A stretch of 20,000 bases of DNA from Vicugna vicugna (GCA_013265495.1 MU057484.1:121156-141155), one strand, 5' to 3'; counted from the stretch's first letter, positions 1 through 12,522 are shown. The notes: generated by a model not told the origin, from the letters alone. Program-made: numbers and translations.

Positions 1-2425
1 TATTTTAACAATATTGTTTCTTGCAATTCAAGAGCATGGGATACCTTTGCATTTTTTAAATTCTTCTTTAATTTCCTTCACCAATGGTTTATATTTTTCT
101 TTGTAAAATTCTCTCACCTCTGTGGTTAGATTTATTCCTAGATATTTTATTACTTTGGGTGCTATTTTAAAGGGGATTGTTTCTTAACTTTCTATTTCTG
201 TTGATTCATCATTAGTGTAAAGAAATGCAACTGATTTTTGAACATTAGTCTTGTAACCTGCTACCTTGCTAAATTCTTCGATCAGCTCTTGTAGTTTTTG
301 TGTGGACCTTTTAGGGTTTTCTATATATAGTATCGTGTCATCTGCATATAGTGACACTTTTACCTCTTCTTTTCCAATTTAGACCCCTTTTACTTCTCTT
401 ACTTGCCTGATTGTTGTGGCCAGGACTTCCATGTCTGTTGAATAGGAGTGATGATAGTGGGCATCCTTGTCTTGTCCCAGATTTTAGTCAGAATCTTTTG
501 AGTTTTTCACAATTGAGTGCTATGCTGGCTGTAGGTTTGTCATATATAGCTTTTATGATGTTGAGATATGTTCCCTCAATACCCACTTTGGTGAGAATTT
601 TTATCATAAATGGGTGTTGAATTTTATCAAAAGCTTTTCTTTATCAATTGAGATGATCATGTGGTTTTTGTCCTTTCTCTAGTTGATGTGAAGTATTTCA
701 TAGATTGATTTGCATATGTTGAACCACCCTTGTGTCCCTGAGATGAACCCCATTTGAGCATGATGTATAATCTTTTTTATGTGCTGTTGGATTCTATTTG
801 CTAGTATTTTGGTAAGGACTTTTTGCATCTGTTTTCATCAGTGATATTGGTCTGTAATTCTCTTTTTTTGGTGATGTTTTTGCCTGGTTTTGGTATCAGG
901 GTGATGGTGGCTTCATAGAATGAGTTTGGGAATATTCCTTCTTTTCAATCTTCTGGAAGAGTTTGAGAAGGACTGGTATGAGTTCTTCTTTGTATGTGTG
1001 GTAGAATTCCCTGGTGAATCTGTCCAGTCCTTGTAAGGAGGATTTTTATTGTTAATTTGATTTCATTCCTAGTGATCGGATTGTTCATGTGTTCAGTTTC
1101 TTCTTGATTCAGTCTTGGTGGTCTGTATGTTTCCAAAAACTTGTCCATCTCCTCTAGGTTATCCATTTTGTTTCCATGTAGTTTTCCATAATATTCTCAT
1201 ATGATATTCTGCATTTCTATGTTATTTGTAGTAATTTCTCCATTTTCCTTTCTTATTTTGCAAATTTGTGCTCTCTTATTTTTCTTCTTTGAGAGTTTGG
1301 CCAGAGGTTTGTCGATTTTTTTTACTCTATCAAAAACAAGCTTTTGGTTTGATTGATTATTTTCTTTATATTTTTTTAATCTCTATTTTATTTACTTCCT
1401 CCCTCATCTTTATTGTTTCCTTCCTTCTGCTGACTTTTGGGTGTTTTTTCTCCTCTGTTTCTAGTTCTTTTAGCTGGTGGGTTAGATTGTTTATTTGATC
1501 TTGTTCTTCTATTTTGAGGAAGGCCTGTATTGCTGTAAATTTCCCTCTTAGCATTGACATTGCTGCATCCCATAAGATTTGTGTGGTTGTATTTTCCTTT
1601 TCATTTGTCTCAAGGGATTCTGTAACTTCAACTTTGATTTCACCATTGGCCCATTGGTTTTTTAATAGCATATTGTTTAATCTCTATCCTTTCCTTTTTT
1701 TCTCCTTTGTTTCTCTGTAATTGATTTCTAGTTTCAATGACATTCTGGTCAGTAAAGATGCTTGAGATAATTTCTATCTTCTTAAAATTGTTGAGGCTTC
1801 TTTTGTGACCAAGTACATGATCAATCCTAGAAAATGTTCCATGCACACTTGAAAAGAATGTATATTCTATTTTGGGGGGTTGTAATGCAATGGAATTATC
1901 CCCTAAATCTAATTTTTCCATTGTATCATGTAATTTCTCTGTTGCCTTATTTATTTTCTGTGTGGAAGATCTCTCCAGTGATGTTAATGTGGTGTTAAAA
2001 TTTCTGACAGTTATTGTATTCCCATCAATTTTCCCCTTTATCTCTGTTAGTAGTTTTTTTATGTACTTAGGTGCTCATGTTGGGTGCATATATGTTAATG
2101 ATTGTAATATCCTCATCTTTTGTTGCTCCTTTAATCATTATAAAATGTCTTTATATATCTTTCTTTATGGTCCTATTTTAAAGTCGATTTTGTCTGAAAG
2201 CAGTACTGCTACACCTGCTTTTTTGGCATTCCATTTGCATGGAATATCCTTTTCCGTCCATTCACTCTCAATCTGTATGTGTCCTTCTCCCTAATGTGTG
2301 TTTCTTGTATGCAGTGTATTGAAGGTTCTTGCTTTATTATCCAGTCTGCCACTCTGTCTTTTGACTGGAGCATTTAGTCCATTAACATTTACAGTAATTA
2401 ATGATAGATGAGTGTTTATTTCTAT
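1..2425 (-). pseudogene. Disrupted L1 ORF2 (APE endonuclease and reverse transcriptase), partial
   Basis: The N-terminus reads IEINTHLSLITVNVNGLNAPVKR from 2425, with ATA where the start ATG is expected, followed by a frameshift. RT motifs QGCPLS lie at 452-469 and YADD at 337-348. The ORF is broken into short fragments by stops and frameshifts. Confidence 0.92.
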
Positions 2426-2830
2426 TTTGAACTTATTTTGGCAGTTGATTTGGTATTTCTTCTTTGTTCCTTCTTCCTTTTGTGGTACGGTAATTTTGCT
2501 TTGTATTATCTTGGATTGTGTTTAGTTTTTGTGACTCACCTGTAAGTCTTTGACTTGTGATTGCACTTTTTTGTAAGTCTGTTAACCAATTACTGTAACT
2601 GTGTGCACTAGACAGATAGTAATGTAATCTCAAACCCAACCTACGAAGAACAAAAATTTAAAAAAAAAGAAGAAAGAAAAAATACTCTGTATTTTCTTGC
2701 TTCCCTCTCCCACTCAATGATTTAGATGTCTTCTTTTACAATTTCATGTTTATTCTATTTGTAATTCGTGGTAATTATCACCTTTCCAGTCATGAGATCT
2801 CATTTTTGTAGCATCCTGCTCCTTTTCTAT

Positions 2831-3724
2831 TTAGAGTAGCACTTTCGATATTTCTTTTAGCATGGGTTTAGTGTTGCTAAAGTCTTTTAGTTTTCTTTCT
2901 CTGTGAAATTCTTTATCTCTCATTCTATTCTAAAGGATAGCCTTGCTGGAGGAAGTATCCTAGGCTGCATCATTTTTTTCATTCAGGACTTTGAATATAT
3001 CTTGCCACTCCCTTCTGGTCTTTAGTGTTTCTGTAGAGAAATCACCTGAGAGCCTTCTCTTGTAGCTCACTCTTTTTTTTTCTCATGCTGCCTTTAAGAT
3101 CATTTCTTTATCATCCAGTCTGGCCATTTTGATTATGATATGTCTTGATGTGGGTCTCTTTGGGCTCTTCCTGTTTTGGAACCTCTGAGCCTCCTGTACT
3201 TGGGTGTCTGATTCCTTCTTTATGTTTGGGAAGTTTTCAGTCATGATTTCTTTAAATACCTTTTCCATCCCCTTTTTTATTTCTTTCCCTTCTGGAACCC
3301 CTATTATGCATAGATTAGCATGCTTTATATTATCCCATAGATTCCTTATATTCTTTTCATTGTTTTTTTATTTGTTTTTCTCTCAGCTGTTCTGATTGGG
3401 TGCTTTCTGTTGTCCAGTCTTCTAGGTCACTTATTCGTTTCTCTGCATTATCTAGGCTGCTTTGTACAGCCTTTAGATCAGATCTCACTTCAGCCAATGA
3501 ATTTACCAATTCTACTTGGCTCTTCTTTATAGCTTCTATTTTATTTTGACATATTATATGTTTCTAAACACTATCTCTTTTAGTTCCTTCAGTAATTTAA
3601 TTACTTCTTTTTTGAAATCTTTATCTGGTAGGCAATCAATGTCTATTTAATTGATCATTCTTTCAGGGGATTTCTCTTGCTCTTTTAACTGGGGTTACTT
3701 CCTCTGTTTCTTAATGATGTTCAT
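2831..3724 (-). pseudogene. Disrupted L1 ORF1 (RNA-binding chaperone)
   Basis: ATG at 3724-3722 begins MNIIKKQRK*PQLKEQEKSPERMIN*, with in-frame stops. The internal segment EIMTENFPNIKK...PKRPTSRHIIIKMA lies at 3083-3268. The C-terminus ...TKPMLKEISKVLL* ends at TAA 2833-2831. Confidence 0.88.
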
Positions 3725-5295
3725 ATCTCTCTAGCACTGTGGCTTAAGGAGTATCAGTTATCTATTACGGTCCTTAAAGGAGTTTATTTATTTATCTATC
3801 TAAAGCCTATGTGGGAATAAAACTTAAAAAAGAGAGAGAGAATTTTAAAAGAATGCAGGAAAATAATGTTTGAAAACAGTGTATAATCAATAATAGAAGA
3901 GCAAGTTGAAGCAGAATAGAAATTGAGTTTAGATGTCTTTCAAACACCTTAATAAAAAGAAGAAAAAAATCAAAACACAATATTGGAAACCTGTGAATAA
4001 TCAATAACAGATCAAAACCAAGAGAATTAAAGATGAAATGAGAACTGTAAACATATAGAACTCTTTTTAAAGTAAAGATTAAAAAGGTAATAGATAATAA
4101 AACATATAAAAAGATTTGAAAAAGATGTGTTCTCCTAGAGACTGTGCGCTCTTAATGGTTTTATTGAGAGGTCTTTGTGTCTTCGCCCTGTTTCACTAAC
4201 TCAGGTTGCTCTGTTGGCCCCCTCGTCTGTGCTGCTCACAGTGTCTGTCGGCAAGAAGATTGCACCCCTCCAACACTGGGTCAGGTGCTGCTCTCCTTTG
4301 CGGTGGGCAGGTGGGACACTCCCCCTCCGGATGCCAGAGTCAGTGCTGTACCAATTGTTCCATTGGTGGGTTCAGCTTCAAGAATAACAGCTTTATGGTG
4401 ATTTAATTCACAGACCATAAAATGCAGCCTTTTAAAGTGTGCATTTGCACTTTAAGTGCATTTGAGGGTTATATAGCCATCACCCCCAAAAGGAACCAAT
4501 ACATTTTAGTAAGTCACTCCCTAACCTTCCTTTCCCTTAGCCCCCAGCAGCCACCACTCTACTTTCTGCCTCTATGGATTTGCCTGTTTTGGGCATTTTC
4601 ATATAACTTGAACCATACAGTATGCTGAATTTATTGATTGTTGTCTTTCATTTAGTGTGACTTTGTCATGTCTCATCCATGGTGTAGCATATATCAGTAC
4701 CCACATTCCTTTTTGTGTTCAAATAGTATGCCATTGGTATAAGTACACCACATTACTTATCCATCCATCAGTTGATGATGAATAATTCTGCTGTAAATGC
4801 TCATAGACAAGTTTTTGTTTGAACACATGTTTTCAGTTCTCTTGAGGATATATCAAAAAGTGGAATTGCTGGGATGTATTCTACTTTTAACATTTTGAGA
4901 AATTGCTAAATTATTTTTTAAAGTGATTGCACCATTTTATATTTCCAGTAGTAATGTATGAAGAGTCCAGTTTCTCCACATCCTCATCAACACTTTTTAT
5001 TACCGGGTTTATAGATACATATTTGTATATCATATATCATATATATTTGTCATTCTAGTTGGTATGAAGTGCCATCTCATTGTGCTTTTGATTTCTGTTT
5101 CCCTGATGCCTACTGATGTTGAACATCTTTTTATGTGCTTATTTTCCATTCATATGTCTTCTTTGGAGAAACAGCTATTCAAATTCTTTGCCCATTTTAA
5201 CTGTATTTGTCTTTGTATTGTCACATTTTAAGTCTTCTTGGTCTATTCTTGATAAAAGTCCCTTATAAGGGAAAATATTGGAAATATTTTCACCC

Positions 5296-5626
5296 ATAAT
5301 GTGGACTGTCTTCTTACTTTCTTGATGAAGTCCTTTGAAGCACAGAAGTGTTTAATTTTACTGAAGTCCAGTTTACTTGATTTTTGTCTTTTGTTGTTTG
5401 TGCTTTTGGTGTCATATCTTAGAAGTATTTGTAATCCAAAGTCCTGAAGATTTTCTTATTGATAATGTGGACTGTCTTCTTACTTTCTTGATGAAGTCCT
5501 TTGAAGCACAGAAGTGTTTAATTTTTCTAAAGTCCAGTTAACTTGATTTTTGTCTTTTGTTGTTTGTGTTTTGGTGTCATATCTTAGAAGTATTTGTACT
5601 CCAAAATCCTGAAGATTTTCTCATTG
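5296..5626. repeat. Direct tandem duplication, 166 bp + 165 bp
   Basis: Copy 1 is 5296-5461 and copy 2 is 5462-5626; both start ataatgtggactgtcttcttactttc. Manual comparison gives 6 substitutions and one 1-bp indel. Confidence 0.97.
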
Positions 5627-7588
5627 TTCATTTTCAAAAAGTTTTATAGTTTCGGGTCTGTGATTTATTTTGAGTTAATTTTCATAAATGTTGTTAAGAT
5701 AAAAGTTCAGTTTTCTTTCTTTCAGGTGTATGTTCAGGTGTCCCAGCATCATTTTTGTAAAGATTATTTTGTCCACATTGGATTGTCATGGCAACTTTGT
5801 CAAAAATTTACTGGCTATGTGTAATAGTTTGTTTATGGACTCCCAGTTCTTTTCTCACAATCTATTTGTCTGTCCTTTAGGCAAGTACCCCACTGTATGG
5901 ATTACCATTTTGTTAGTGAGTTTTGAATTTGGAAACTTCAAAACTTTGTTCTTTTTCAAGATTGTTTTGACTATTCTGGGTATCTTACATTTCCATATTA
6001 GTTTTAGGATCAGCTTGTTCAATTCTGCCAAAAAGCCAGAGTTGCATTGCATCTATAGGTCATTTTGAGGACAAATGCCATAATAACAGTAATAAGGCTT
6101 CTGATCCATGAACACAGAAGAGCTTTCCATTTATTTTAGGTCATTTTTAACTTCTATCAGTAGTATTTCAGTTTTCAATATATAAATTTCATACATTTTT
6201 CTCAGTATTCCACATATTTTTCTTAATATTCCTAAGTATTTTATTCTTTTTGATGCTATTGTAAATGAAAATGTTTCCTTTATTTTATTTTTAGATTATT
6301 CACTGCTGTTGTATAGAAATATAATTACTTTTTTTCTATATTAATTTGTGTTTTACAATTTTGGTCAGACTGGGTTATTAATTCTAACAGGTTTTTTTTT
6401 CTTTTCTCTCTCTTTTTTTCTTTGTGGATTACTTGGGATTTCAATATATAATTTCATGTCATACGGAATCGAAATAGTTTTATTTCTTTCTTTCTAATCT
6501 AGAGGCTTTATTTTCTTTGTCTGGTTGCTTTGACTAGAACCTCTAGTACAATATTGATTTTGGGGGAAATAATTCAGTCTTTCACCATTATGTATCATCT
6601 TTGCTCCAGGTTTTTCATAGATGTTCTCTGTCAATATGAGGAAGTTCTCTTCTATTCAGAGTTTTTATCCATTTTTCTATCAATATGGCATATTACATGA
6701 ATTGACTTTTGTATTTTGAGCTGGCTTTGCATACCGGGATACATTCCACTTAATTGTGGTCTATTTTATATGTACCCAGATTGGATTTGCTTGTATTCTG
6801 TTGAGGACTTTTGCATTTATATTCATAAAAGATAGTCTTTAGTTTTCTTGTGATGCCTTAGTCAGGTTTTGGTATCAGTGTTATACTAGTCTCATTGAAT
6901 GGATTGGGAAGTGTGCCCACCTCTTTATTTTCAGAAGAGTTTGTGAAGCATTGTTTTTGTTTGTTTGATTTTGTTTTTGTTTTTTCTTTAAGGAGTTGAT
7001 GGAATTCACCAGTAAAGCCATATGGACCTAGCATTTCCTTGTGGGAATGTTTTGGATTACTATTTCCATCACTACTTTTTGTAGGATTATTTGAGTTTTC
7101 TATTTCTCCTTGAACTAGCTTCAGTCATTTATGTCCTTCTAGGAATTTATCCATTTCATCTACATTATCTCATTTATTGGCTATATATTTATTCGTGGTA
7201 TTCCCTTATATTCCTTGTTATTTTTGTAAGGGCAGTAGTGACATCCTTCCTTTCATTTCTCATTTTAGTAATTTGAATCTTCTCTCTTTTTTTCTTAAGT
7301 ACTGGCTAAAACTTTGTCAATTTTGTTGATCTTTTCGAAGAACCCACTTTTCTTTTTGTTGATTATTCTCTGTTGTTCATCTATTCTCTATTCCATTTAT
7401 TTCTGCCTTTAGTATTTTGATTAGAATGTTTAATTCATTTACATTAATGTAATTTCTTATCAGGTTGAAGTTACATCTGCTATCTGCTTCCTATATGTCT
7501 TTCTTTTTCCCATTCCTCTATTATTATACTTTTTTTGTACAAAGTAAGCAGTTTCAAGTGTGCCATTTTAATATGTTGTTTATTTTAT

Positions 7589-7637
7589 CCTTTTCTTCTC
7601 CTCCTCCACCTCCTCTCCCTCCTCCTCCTTCTCCTCC
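7589..7637. repeat. Imperfect (CCT)n polypyrimidine microsatellite inside the old L1
   Basis: ccttttcttctcctcctccacctcctctccctcctcctccttctcctcc. Confidence 0.85.
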
Positions 7638-10394
7638 ATTGCACTGGAGATTATAATTAACATCTTGTTTTAAAGCAATCTAGTTCACATGAATGCCAAC
7701 TTAATTTCTATAGTACACAAAAACTTTATTTTGGTATCTGTCTTTTCCCTCCCCCTCCTCATGCTGTCACTGTCATACAAATTACACCTTTATGCATTTA
7801 TAAGCGCATCTACACAGTTTCATAAGTATTGTTTTATGCAGCTTTCTTTTACAACAAATAGAAGAAAACACTTACATGTAATACTCTATTTATACTGTTT
7901 TATTTTTTTACTCATGTAGTTACCTCTACTAGTTCTCTTTATTTTTCAGGCAAGTGTTCTTTCATTTACACCTGCTGGACTATCCCTAGTATTTCTTCTA
8001 GGGCAGGCCTGCTAGCAATGGATTCTTTCATATTTTGTTTTTGTAGGAGTGTCATAATTTCTCCTTTAATTTTTTTGAAGAATCATTTTGCTGGCTATAA
8101 AATACTTGGTGACAATCTTTTCCTTTTATCACTTTGACGATACCACCCCAATGCCTTCTGGTCTCCATGGTTTTTATCGGAAATCAACTGTCTTACTGAG
8201 AAGCCTTTGTATATGTTGAGCCACTTTTCTCTTTCTGCTGTCAAGATCCTTTGTTCTTGTCTTTTGACACACTGAGTCTGATATGCCTATTTTAGATGTC
8301 TCTACGTTTATACCACGTGGAGTTTGTTGAGCTGCTGGGATGTACAAATTAATGTTTTCATCAAATTTGGGAAGTTTTCAGCCATAATTTCTTTATATAA
8401 CCTTTCTACCCCTTTTTTTCTCTCCTTCCTTCTGGCGCTCCCGTTATGTGTGTATTGGTGTTGTTGATGGGGTCCCACCAATCTCTGACACAATGATTTT
8501 TTTTTTCATTCCTTTTTCTTTCTGTTCCACAGGATGGATAATCTCAGCAGTTTTATGTTAACTGACTTTTTCTTCAATAAGTTCATATCTACAGAGAAAC
8601 CTCTTATTGAGTTTTCCATTTTAGTCATTATATTTGTAGCTCTAGAATTTCTAGTTGGTTTTTAATATAAAATTTGTCTATTGATATACTCTGTACAATG
8701 AGATGTTCACATACTTTAATTCTTTAGGTATGGTTTATGTTAGGTCTTTGAACATATGTGTAATTGCTTATTTATGTCTTTGTCTAGTAAGTCCAGTGTC
8801 TGGGCTTCCTCAGGGAGTTTCTATTGACTACTTTTTCACGTGTGTTATGGCCAAACTTTTCTGTTGTTTTGTACATCTTGTAATTTTCTGTTGAAAACTG
8901 GACACTTAAAATACTACAATGTGGCAGATCTAAAAGCCAGATTTTCCTCATCTCCAGGGTTTATCATTGCTTCCATTGTTATTGCTGCTACAGCTATGTA
9001 TTTAGTTACATTCCTGAACAAATTCTGTAAAGTCTGTATTCTTTATCATGCATATCCATGAGATCAGTATGTGTGCAGAAAGCCTAGTTGTCATCACTGT
9101 AATACTGATTGGACAGTGATTTCTTCAATGCCTGGAGCCAATCGTTTGAGCTGTTGCCAGATGGCTGTGTGTCTTCATGCTGAGGGATGCCCTCAGCACC
9201 GGCAATCTGTCAGCTGCTCTTCCGTAGCCTTTAGTTCTTGCTTATGCAGAACCTCGAGTTCAGCCAGAGTTGAAGGCTTAATATTTTCTCAGATCTTTCC
9301 TTGCCATGTGCCACACATGTGTACGGTCTTCTACAATTCTCAGAAATTTTTGGAGCTTTTTAACCCTACCTCCACCCCCAGAACGTCTCATTAATCAATT
9401 TTGCCTTCTAAGTTTCCTAGTCAGCATTTAGTTAGCCTCTACTGGTACCACTGACTCAGGCAGTTGTAATGTAAAATACTCACTGCTGATCGTTTTCCAC
9501 AAACACTCTGGGGACAGGCTGTTTCCACAGCATGAGTTTGAGATAAGTCAAATGGTGACAGCTCTGTGGGGACAGATTTTTTGGGTAACATCAAATCATT
9601 TTTGCCCCTACTTTGATTGTGAGACTCTTGCTTTTAAAGGCCACCATTTAGGTGAGGATACGGGGATGGCAATAGATCAAGTTACAATGCAACAAAACTC
9701 ACTATATTTATGGAGATTTAGCTAGATTTTTCTCAAATAAACACTCCCCAGATTGCTGGAAGTCTTTGTTTAATTTCCAGAGTTCTGCAGAGGTTAATTT
9801 TGAAAAATTTTGCCATTGTCATTGCTTCATAGAAGAGTAAGTTTTCCAAGATATTTACTCAGATATTCTAGAAGTGTATCCCATTTGCATTTGTTTTTAA
9901 CTGAGTTACTTACAAGACTATCTAATTCTACATCTTGAGCCCCATTCACATAAGAGTTCATCTGCATGGTTTCTCCTACAGGGAGCAGTGTGCAACCTGT
10001 TGTCAGTTTATTGTTTTTCTTATTAAAGTGTTGGAATTTTTAAAAATATGCTCATGAATAGCCCTTTGTCATTTTTACACATTACAAACTTCCAGTAGTC
10101 TGTGGCTATTTTTTTCCCTCATTTTCGTTGCTTTAATGAAGTCCTCACTTTTAAGGATTTTCTGTATAGCAATATGTGGATGATTATCACACGGGTGAGA
10201 CATTTAACTACTGTCTTAACCTCAGTCTTTGCTCTGATTCACTGTCTAGAACATCTGAACACATCTACTGAACCCCGTATACCAATGGATGCTGACAGCC
10301 CTAATTAAAAATATGCTTTTTAAGTAAAGCAAAATATTAACTTTGACACTGGAAAAGGCAAATTTCAAATTTCCTAGGTGATGTTGCTTTCTGT

Positions 10395-10448
10395 GATCAT
10401 TAGCTACATCATGTATATAGAGAGATCATTAGCTACATCATGTTTATA
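10395..10448. repeat. Short direct duplication, 29-bp period
   Basis: The 20-mer gatcattagctacatcatgt occurs exactly at 10395 and 10424. Confidence 0.9.
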
Positions 10449-11274
10449 CAGCCGACAGGCATATTGAGCTACTGATTTTATTTCATCGGATGTTAGAATG
10501 CAGAACACATTTCAGGGCGACTTATAGCACCATATGTGTATCTTTAAGGATATGTATATATGATGATGTCTTATTTTAAGTATCTTATTTTATTTTAAGT
10601 ACCTACTTCTGTGAAACACATTATGGAAATCTTGTAACTGCAGAACTGAAATTTTCCATACCTCCATCATCCTGTAGCATCTCTTTTGCACTTAGATGTT
10701 GTGTGGCAGAGTATTTTTCTGCTCCCTAGAAATGATCAATGTTGAAGGGGGAAAAAACCCTCCTCTAATAAATATAGTCCAAATCACACACTTATCTGAA
10801 CAATGGCCACCATTTTAGTCCACACCAATCCATCTACTCATACTGACTTAGATTCCTCAACACAGACAATCCACCACTGAAGTCAGGGTCCTCAGCACAC
10901 ATTCTATCCCCTCCCCATTCCTTGTTGTTTCTGACCTAATTTGTCCAACGTGTCCTGCCAGTCTCTTCACTGCAAGACTGCAGTTTTTAATTTTTACCTT
11001 TGAGTTCCAGGCTGCGCCTAGTGATTTCCAGAGAAATGCCAGACACCTGGATCATCAGGAGGGGCGGGGAGGATTTCAGGAAGCTGTTACCCTAACTCAC
11101 TTGCAGATCAGTGAGTGGCTGTTGTGAGCATTCCTTCATGATCTCTGCCATGACAGCTGCATACACCACAGCAAAATAACGTAGCTCCTCCAACCACATC
11201 TGCCTTCATTCATCTGGGTTTCTGCTTTCAGTGACATTCAGATGCTGCTATTGGGAATTATACATATATATATA

Positions 11275-11500
11275 TTTTTTTAATTGAAGTATAGTCAGTT
11301 ACAATGTGTCAATTTCTGATGTACAGCACAATGTTCCAGTCATTCATATACACATATATATGTATGAATTCTTTTTCATATTCTTTTTCATTAAAGGTTA
11401 TTACAAGATATTAAATATAGTTCCCTGTGCTATACAGAAGAAATGTAGTTTTTTAAGCTCTTTTTATATATAGTAGTTAATATTTGCAAATCTCAATCTC
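11275..11500 (-). mobile_element. 5'-truncated L1 3' end (artiodactyl-type), about 225 bp
   Basis: A T-tract followed by aattgaagtatagtcagttacaatg...tatagttccctgtgctatacag resembles the reverse complement of artiodactyl L1 3' UTRs. A (TA)n run lies next to the tail. Confidence 0.8.
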
Positions 11501-12522
11501 TGATGGGAAGTTTTAAAGCCACATCTGAAACCCTTGCTGCAGAAGAGTCTGAGAAATATATTTTCAACCTCATAGCCTTTTGGTTAGGAAGTTGGAATAA
11601 AGGCTGATCTGGCTCACGTAACTTGTCTGCCTTTGTGATAAAGAGGTCTGGAGTTTCAAGGCCCAATGAAATGTCCCAGACCTTCAGTAGCAAACTCTTA
11701 AAGCAACCAAAATGCTCCCGTCTACCAGAGCATGACTTGTCCTTAGACACTGCTGGACATAACCACCAACGCTGTCAAAGGCATCGTCTTCATCTGGAGC
11801 ACATTTTCTTTAGATGTCTAATATCCTGATTAACAGGACAAGCTAGTTTGGATTCCCAAGGTCACAGGCAGCCTTCTGCCTGACTTTGGTGTGTATATGT
11901 TCACTGAAGAGTCCTCTCTCAGATCAGCTAGAGCTGCCTGGTGTGTGGTTTGCCAGAGAATGTGGGTGCAGTTCTCCCCACCAGAGCCCTACCAGTTGTT
12001 TTATTGCAGAAAGAGAGAGAGCAAAAGAGACAGAACAGGAAGTTTTGTCAAGCCTCAAACACAGTCACCCCCGCCCAGGGCTCTTGCTCTGGGACACAAA
12101 GAAGTACAGGTCAGCAGTGATGTAGCCCCGGTGTACTCCAAAACATGGTGTGGTTGTACTGTGCTATCTGTGTCTTTCATGGACCCTGCAAAGTTCTCGG
12201 CTTTGTGAAATGGGGAACTAACTAACTCCCACCCATGCCTGTAGCTCCCAGGGTTTTCACCCTTACGGATTTTGAGGATTTGCTGGCAAATCATTCTTTT
12301 TCACCAGGTCATTTCTCGGTTACATTGCAGTCCTGTGACTTCCTCACCAGAACTGCTCCTTAAGTTCGGGATTTAGTGAAAGATGCCATTTTACACTGTA
12401 AGTTCATGTTCAGAGAGGAGGAGGAAGACAGCACAGATCAGAATTGCTGTTTTGCTTTTTTTTGTTGTCGTTTTCATAAGCCGTCTCCTGTTGTCAAATA
12501 GACACTGAGCAAATGAATGACT

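Larger units (their letters stand above)
1..4380 (-). mobile_element. LINE-1 retrotransposon, younger lineage-specific copy, inactivated; 3' part runs off the left edge of the window
   Basis: The minus strand shows the L1 order 5'UTR-ORF1-spacer-ORF2. ORF-track fragments are typical L1 peptides (MDNLEEMDKFLETY, YTFFSSVHGTFSRIDHVLGHK, EIMTENFPNIKK). The right boundary is approximate. Confidence 0.95.
4385..9880 (-). mobile_element. Ancient L1M-type LINE-1 (L1MB/L1MC-like 3' end), spanning 3' UTR to 5' UTR, with internal deletions
   Basis: 4385-4800 matches the recalled L1MB/MC 3' UTR (aacagctttat..., cccccagcagccaccactctactttctgcctctatggatttgcctg). An ORF2 remnant FLAELNKLILKLIWKCKIPRIVKTILKKNK lies at 5855-6052 and an ORF1 remnant EIMAENFPNLMK at 8308-8493. 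8900-9880 resembles old L1M 5' UTRs. The subfamily call is tentative. Confidence 0.85.

Noticed and set aside
411..3395. Hydrophobic plus-strand ORFs (411, 1268, 1514, 1872, 3204) that look like membrane peptides
   Set aside because: They are antisense translations of A-rich L1 sequence, which always give Phe/Leu/Ile-rich peptides.
7465..7656. Proline-rich ORF
   Set aside because: The poly-Pro run is the translation of the (CCT)n microsatellite within the old L1.
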